From: Methanosarcinales archaeon | Lineage (GTDB): Archaea; Halobacteriota; Methanosarcinia; Methanosarcinales; Methanocomedenaceae | NCBI GenBank assembly: GCA_030627385.1 | Contig: DAOUSF010000003.1 | Location: forward strand, 1 to 33,724 | Direction: 5' to 3' | DNA length: 33,724 bases | Part shown: piece after piece, positions 29,821 to 33,724 of the stretch | Numbering within the stretch: position 1 is the stretch's first letter | Layout: each line of letters opens with the position of its first letter | Notes under the pieces: model-generated | The model's database searches: none | The model's input: only the letters and a program-made list of their open reading frames with translations | Told to the model about the DNA's origin: nothing | Program-made: the position numbers and the translations under genes

Positions 29821-29891
29821 AACCACAGAGAGCGAGGACACAGAGAGTAAAATCAGATGGAAGCTATGTGTTTCTCGTGTCCTCTGTGGTT
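29821..29891. repeat. REP-like inverted repeat AACCACAGAG...CTCTGTGGTT
   Basis: Perfect 10-bp arms at 29821-29830 / 29882-29891, plus inner GAGGACAC / GTGTCCTC complementarity. Confidence 0.65.
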
Positions 29892-29938
29892 AGATTATAA
29901 TTGTGTTAGAGGGCATGGGGGATGTGTGAGGGATATAT

Positions 29939-30952
29939 ATGATCCATGAAGCATCGTTGTTTGAAAAGCTGGAAAATAGAAAGGTCAAATGCCATGTGTG
30001 TGCGCACGAGTGCACAATAGCAGATGGTAAAAGAGGCATCTGCGGTGTACGGGAGAACAGGGGCGGCACACTGTGTACCCTTATTTACAATACCGTATCC
30101 AGTGAGGCCGTTGACCCTATTGAGAAAAAACCTCTGTACCATTTCCTGCCCGGTACTTTAAGTTACTCCCAGGGCACTATCGGCTGCAATTTCAGGTGCG
30201 CTCACTGCCAGAACTGGACAATTTCCCAGGTTAAACCTGAGCAGGCACATATCAGGGAGATCACGCCCGAAGAATCTGTTGCCAGGGCACTGGCTTCGGA
30301 TTGTGCCAGTATCTCCTGGACGTATAACGAGCCTACTATCTGGCACGAGTTCACTTACGACTCTGCCAGACTGGCCCATGAGGCAGGACTGAAAACTGTG
30401 TATGTGACCAACGGCTATATCACAGAGGATGCATTGCGGGATATTTCCCCTTACCTTGACGCTTTCAGGGTGGATATTAAGGCATTCAGGGATGAGTTCT
30501 ACAGGGATACGTGCCGGGCCCGTCTGCAGCCGGTGCTGGATTCAAGTGTGGTGGCAAGGGAACTGGGCATGCATATCGAGGTGGTTAATTTGATCATACC
30601 TGGCAAAAATGATGACCCGAAAGAGACGAGGGATCTCATTGAATGGGTGCATGACAACCTTGGACCCCAAACGCCAGTACATTTCACAAGGTTCTATCCC
30701 ATGTATAAAATGAAGGATGCCAGCCCTACACCGGTGGCTACACTTGAGAGGGCGTGGCAGATGGCAAAGGATGCGGGGATGGAGTATCCGTATGTGGGTA
30801 ATGTGGCCGGGCATGATTATGAGAACACGTACTGTCCCGGGTGCGGGGCGCTGCTGGTAAACAGGAGCGGTTTCCAGATTGCGAGGAATGTTATTACAGA
30901 GGATAAGAAGTGTCCCGATTGCGGGCACGGGATTGCCGTGGTATTGGATTGA
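29939..30952 (+). CDS. amrS: AmmeMemoRadiSam-system radical SAM enzyme
   Basis: CHVCAHEC...GICGVR, DPIEKKPLYHF, GCNFRCAHCQNW, TYNEP and YVGNV motifs; C-terminal CPGC/CPDC. Confidence 0.92.
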   Translation: MIHEASLFEKLENRKVKCHVCAHECTIADGKRGICGVRENRGGTLCTLIYNTVSSEAVDPIEKKPLYHFLPGTLSYSQGTIGCNFRCAHCQNWTISQVKPEQAHIREITPEESVARALASDCASISWTYNEPTIWHEFTYDSARLAHEAGLKTVYVTNGYITEDALRDISPYLDAFRVDIKAFRDEFYRDTCRARLQPVLDSSVVARELGMHIEVVNLIIPGKNDDPKETRDLIEWVHDNLGPQTPVHFTRFYPMYKMKDASPTPVATLERAWQMAKDAGMEYPYVGNVAGHDYENTYCPGCGALLVNRSGFQIARNVITEDKKCPDCGHGIAVVLD

Positions 30953-31017
30953 TTTCCGGTTAAGGACGCAATGTTCGAAATAAAAATCCAGACAACACTA
31001 TCTTTGCATAGGCCGGG

Positions 31018-31065
31018 TCAGTCTTTCAACCATTCTTCTCTTGATATATTTGCTTGTTTTAGGAT
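31018..31065 (-). pseudogene. Possible C-terminal remnant of a HicA-family toxin
   Basis: Minus strand reads ILKQANISREEWLKD*, resembling the HicA C-terminal ILKQAGIS.EEW helix; the upstream frame is closed by TAG. Confidence 0.4.
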
Positions 31066-31124
31066 AAAGACCTAGATAAACTTGATATCCGGCTGCCAGT
31101 GCTTACTCCACGTATATTCATGAA

Positions 31125-31256
31125 TTATACGAATCTTGAAGATTTGGATCCAGGCACATCATCTGGCGAATTGATGCTGGAAAACCGACGCTGGATTTTG
31201 GCTAACGCCTCATCAATCTGTTCTAACTTTTCAAGAAGCAACGTCGCATCATACAT
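31125..31256 (-). pseudogene. Truncated DUF86/HepT-like toxin (N-terminal ~33 aa)
   Basis: Reads MYDATLLLEKLEQIDEALAKIQRRFSSINSPDD, then unrelated residues and a stop. Overlaps the MNT stop by 8 nt; no Rx4H motif. Confidence 0.7.
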
Positions 31257-31536
31257 AGTATGCTTCCCTGTCGATTCGTCTTTTAAGGTACTGGTTCATA
31301 CGTCGCCAGTAACGCACAACACCGACCTTTGACCTGAGAATCGTCTCCAGTTCTTCTTTGAGGCTTACTCTTGCAAACATATCGGGCGGCATCTCAACGA
31401 CCACGTCCACATCGCTGCGTTCATCTGCTTCATCTCTTGCTACAGAGCCAAAAATCCCCAGCCTGGTGATTCCATATCGTTCTTCCAGGTCCTGCTTATG
31501 TTTACGTAAAATTTTTAGTGCTTGCTCCCGTCTCAT
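31249..31536 (-). CDS. Minimal nucleotidyltransferase (MntA-like antitoxin)
   Basis: GIFGSVARDEADERSDVDV motif, 95 aa, GAGGTGA RBS. Confidence 0.9.
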   Translation of the reverse strand: MRREQALKILRKHKQDLEERYGITRLGIFGSVARDEADERSDVDVVVEMPPDMFARVSLKEELETILRSKVGVVRYWRRMNQYLKRRIDREAYYV

Positions 31537-31976
31537 ACATTCACCTCAACGATATCAATATCCATGGAAAAGTCCGCACCCACATCAAACGGCGGGTCGA
31601 TATAGATCAGCTTGATACCGCCATGTTTTTCAATCTCCTCCCGCAGGGGGCCGTTCTTCAGGCTGGATAGGATGAGTTTGTTATCGCCCCATATCAGCTT
31701 GTTGGTCCAGCCTTTGAGCTGCCGGCCCCGCCCGTCAACATCGAACAGGGTCATCTGTTTGTATCGCTCTCTGGTTGCTTCTGAGCGCGGCTCATCCACC
31801 TGCTCAATTATCTGAAATGGCAGCACCACGTTGGTTACTTCCGAAGTCTTGCTGTTCCAGATAAGTTCTACATCCCGGTCATCATCGAATAACAGGAACC
31901 GGTATTTATCAGGGAGGGGTTTTCCTGCTTCGATCAGCTTGATGACATCTCTTTTTTCGTTATCGGTTAGGTTCAT
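31533..31976 (-). pseudogene. N-terminal fragment of a type III Mod-like amino-methyltransferase (beta class)
   Basis: NKLIWGDN...LIYIDPPF is present, but the ORF ends 17 residues later with no FxGxG SAM motif; the last codons are the MNT RBS. Confidence 0.82.
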
Positions 31977-32060
31977 TCAATGCTCCGGTTTTCTTCTGAC
32001 AATCCGCTATTTACATAGGGTATTTCAAGAGAGGTAGGTTTTTTAATTCGAAAGTCACAA

Positions 32061-32093
32061 CCCCGGATGCCGCTTCGCTCTATACGGGGCATC
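32061..32093. repeat. Single REP-like hairpin
   Basis: CCCCGGAT-GCCGCTTCGCTCT-ATACGGGG; the reverse complement resembles proteobacterial GTAG-type REPs (CCCGGATGGAGCGAAGCG..ATCCGGG). Confidence 0.45.
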
Positions 32094-32205
32094 ATGGATG
32101 ATGCTCGTGGTTTTTGTATTTCTATTAGTTTGCACATTTCCAAATTTATTCAGGTATATGGTGCATAATATAGGTATGTAAAATTGAAATCATGCATCTA
32201 TATAA

Positions 32206-32937
32206 TTAGTATTCCCAAGCACCAGACACTGGAATAAGAACACCAGTAAGGTAGTGTGGACTTTCAGTAACCAGCCATTTGACCACATCTGCGATCTCAT
32301 CAGGTCTTCCTGGTCTGCCAAAAGGTATTTGTTCCGCCATCTCCTGACGTTCCAGTTCTGTAGTAGCTCCCTCTTCAATTAAACCCGGACAAATTGCATT
32401 TACTCTTACTCCTGAAGAAGCCAGGCTGGCAGCTAATGACTTTGTCAAAATTACAATTCCTGCTTTTGCAGCGCAGTATCCTGTAGACATACTCCAGGCC
32501 TTGAGATTTTCAACGCCTGAAAAAGCAAAATTGATTATATGTCCTTGGGATGCGCAAATTTTTTCCCTTGCAAAATATGTAGTATTAAAAGAAACCTGAA
32601 GATTCATATTAACAGATTCTGACCATTCTTCTGGTGTAACTTCAAGAATATCTTGATAATAAAAAGGCCCTATAGTATTTACTAAAACATCAATACTTTT
32701 GAATTGTTTCACTACTGCGTTTACCATTTCTTCTGCCTGCTTAGGATGAAACAGATTAAAACAGAATAATCCAGTTTCAACGCCCTTTTTTTGTGCCTCC
32801 TCTTTAATCTTTTGAACTGCAGCAAAATTCTTATGGTAATGAGCGGCAATGTTGAACCCCTCGGAAGCAAGAGATATGGCTATAGCCTGACCAATATCTG
32901 AACTTGCACCTGTTATTAATGCTGTCTTTGTCCCCAT
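32206..32937 (-). CDS. Short-chain dehydrogenase/reductase (FabG-like)
   Basis: TGASSDIG, YCAAK, VRVNAICPG and IPFGRPG motifs; AGGAGG RBS; AT-rich. Confidence 0.92.
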   Translation of the reverse strand: MGTKTALITGASSDIGQAIAISLASEGFNIAAHYHKNFAAVQKIKEEAQKKGVETGLFCFNLFHPKQAEEMVNAVVKQFKSIDVLVNTIGPFYYQDILEVTPEEWSESVNMNLQVSFNTTYFAREKICASQGHIINFAFSGVENLKAWSMSTGYCAAKAGIVILTKSLAASLASSGVRVNAICPGLIEEGATTELERQEMAEQIPFGRPGRPDEIADVVKWLVTESPHYLTGVLIPVSGAWEY

Positions 32938-33439
32938 CTTTGCCTTCCTCCTTTTATAAGCTGATATTAAATAAACGCCATATTTTGTAAAAACTCTTTA
33001 TAATCTTTGCTTTCGTTAATTATTTGGTCATGATAGCGATTTTCCAAAACAAAAGCATCATTTACTGAATGTTATTTCAGTCCCACCTTAGTGCGCGCCT
33101 ATTCTCTGGATACAATAATTATTATTTCTGCTTCATTTCGCCCCGGAGCATGAATCTGCAATTCTCAGTCACATACTCCAGACTTAAAAGCCAAGGCCTG
33201 TAAATAATACTCTACATCACTATTTTGCATTTTGTCCGTCAACCCTATAGCAATATTGCCATTCAACATATTCAATGAACTATACATATTTACAACCTTC
33301 TGTATCATCTTTCAGATAAATCTTCTTATACATATTGTATTTGTTCTGTACCCGATCAAAGTAAAACTTCTGGTTTTATTTCATAAAAATTTGAGACATA
33401 TAATTCTGAACCAACTCACCCATGCCGCACCCTAATTTT

Positions 33440-33690
33440 CCCCCCAGAACCACAGTCCCCAACCCCAGCGAGACTGCCTGTAGATAGATATTCCGGGCAG
33501 CATGCCCCAACAACATATGCACATACCGCACCCTCCTCTCACCATACTTCCGGGTCGTCCGTTCATAGACAGCAGCAAACACCAGTACTGCCGCACCATT
33601 TCCATAATTCCTGGTTGACCTTCTTTCAAGTAGGGCTTCCTCGACCGGGATGCTGCCGGAGTGCCGGGTGTGCCTTTGAGGTGGCAGGAG
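33440..33690 (-). pseudogene. SagB/ThcOx-type nitroreductase pseudogene with internal deletion
   Basis: One frame reads SGSIPVEEALLERRSTRNY directly joined to AAVLVFAAVYERTTRKYGERRVRYVHMLLGHAARNIYLQAVSLGLGTVVLG. The central PSAG region, a start codon and the normal C-terminus are missing. Confidence 0.8.
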
Positions 33691-33724
33691 AGGATAAAAT
33701 GATGAAGTTTATCAGTAGTAAGTA

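Noticed and set aside
347-30928. Many antisense or alternate-frame ORFs in the track (e.g. 25038-25934 +, 21463-22092 -, 14238-14759 +)
   Set aside because: They overlap well-supported genes and have no motifs; typical shadow ORFs.
32960-33375. Short AT-rich ORFs (33232-33435 + and a ~47-codon minus-strand frame)
   Set aside because: No recognisable family or RBS; possibly degraded foreign DNA but not assignable.

Overview
Archaeal chromosome segment, most consistent with a Methanosarcinales-type methanogen or ANME lineage. This is inferred from the Fae-Hps fusion, the HMGS/thiolase/DUF35 operon, the HSR1-cdc48-hsp20 operon and GGTGA-type RBSs. The core genes cover mevalonate entry, acs, a KaiC-like ATPase, the heat-shock operon, fae-hps, prs, purA and amrS. 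Three accessory zones interrupt them: (i) an AT-rich island at ~8.25-13.1 kb with a GHKL/MORC-like ATPase fused to a TIGR02391/HEPN-like domain, a C5 DNA methyltransferase, Vsr and a Fic protein, but no recognisable restriction endonuclease; (ii) an intergenic stretch at 22.3-22.6 kb with two MITE-like inverted-repeat elements; (iii) a right-end zone of truncated toxin, methylase and nitroreductase genes. The best candidates for something new are the REase-less ATPase-HEPN/Dcm/Vsr cassette, a UbiU/UbiV-like U32 pair in the fae-hps-prs operon, and a six-unit, 14-bp-period TAAC-N5-GTTA operator array upstream of the heat-shock regulator. All calls come from motif reading only; no database searches were run. 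No CRISPR array, tRNA or rRNA was seen.
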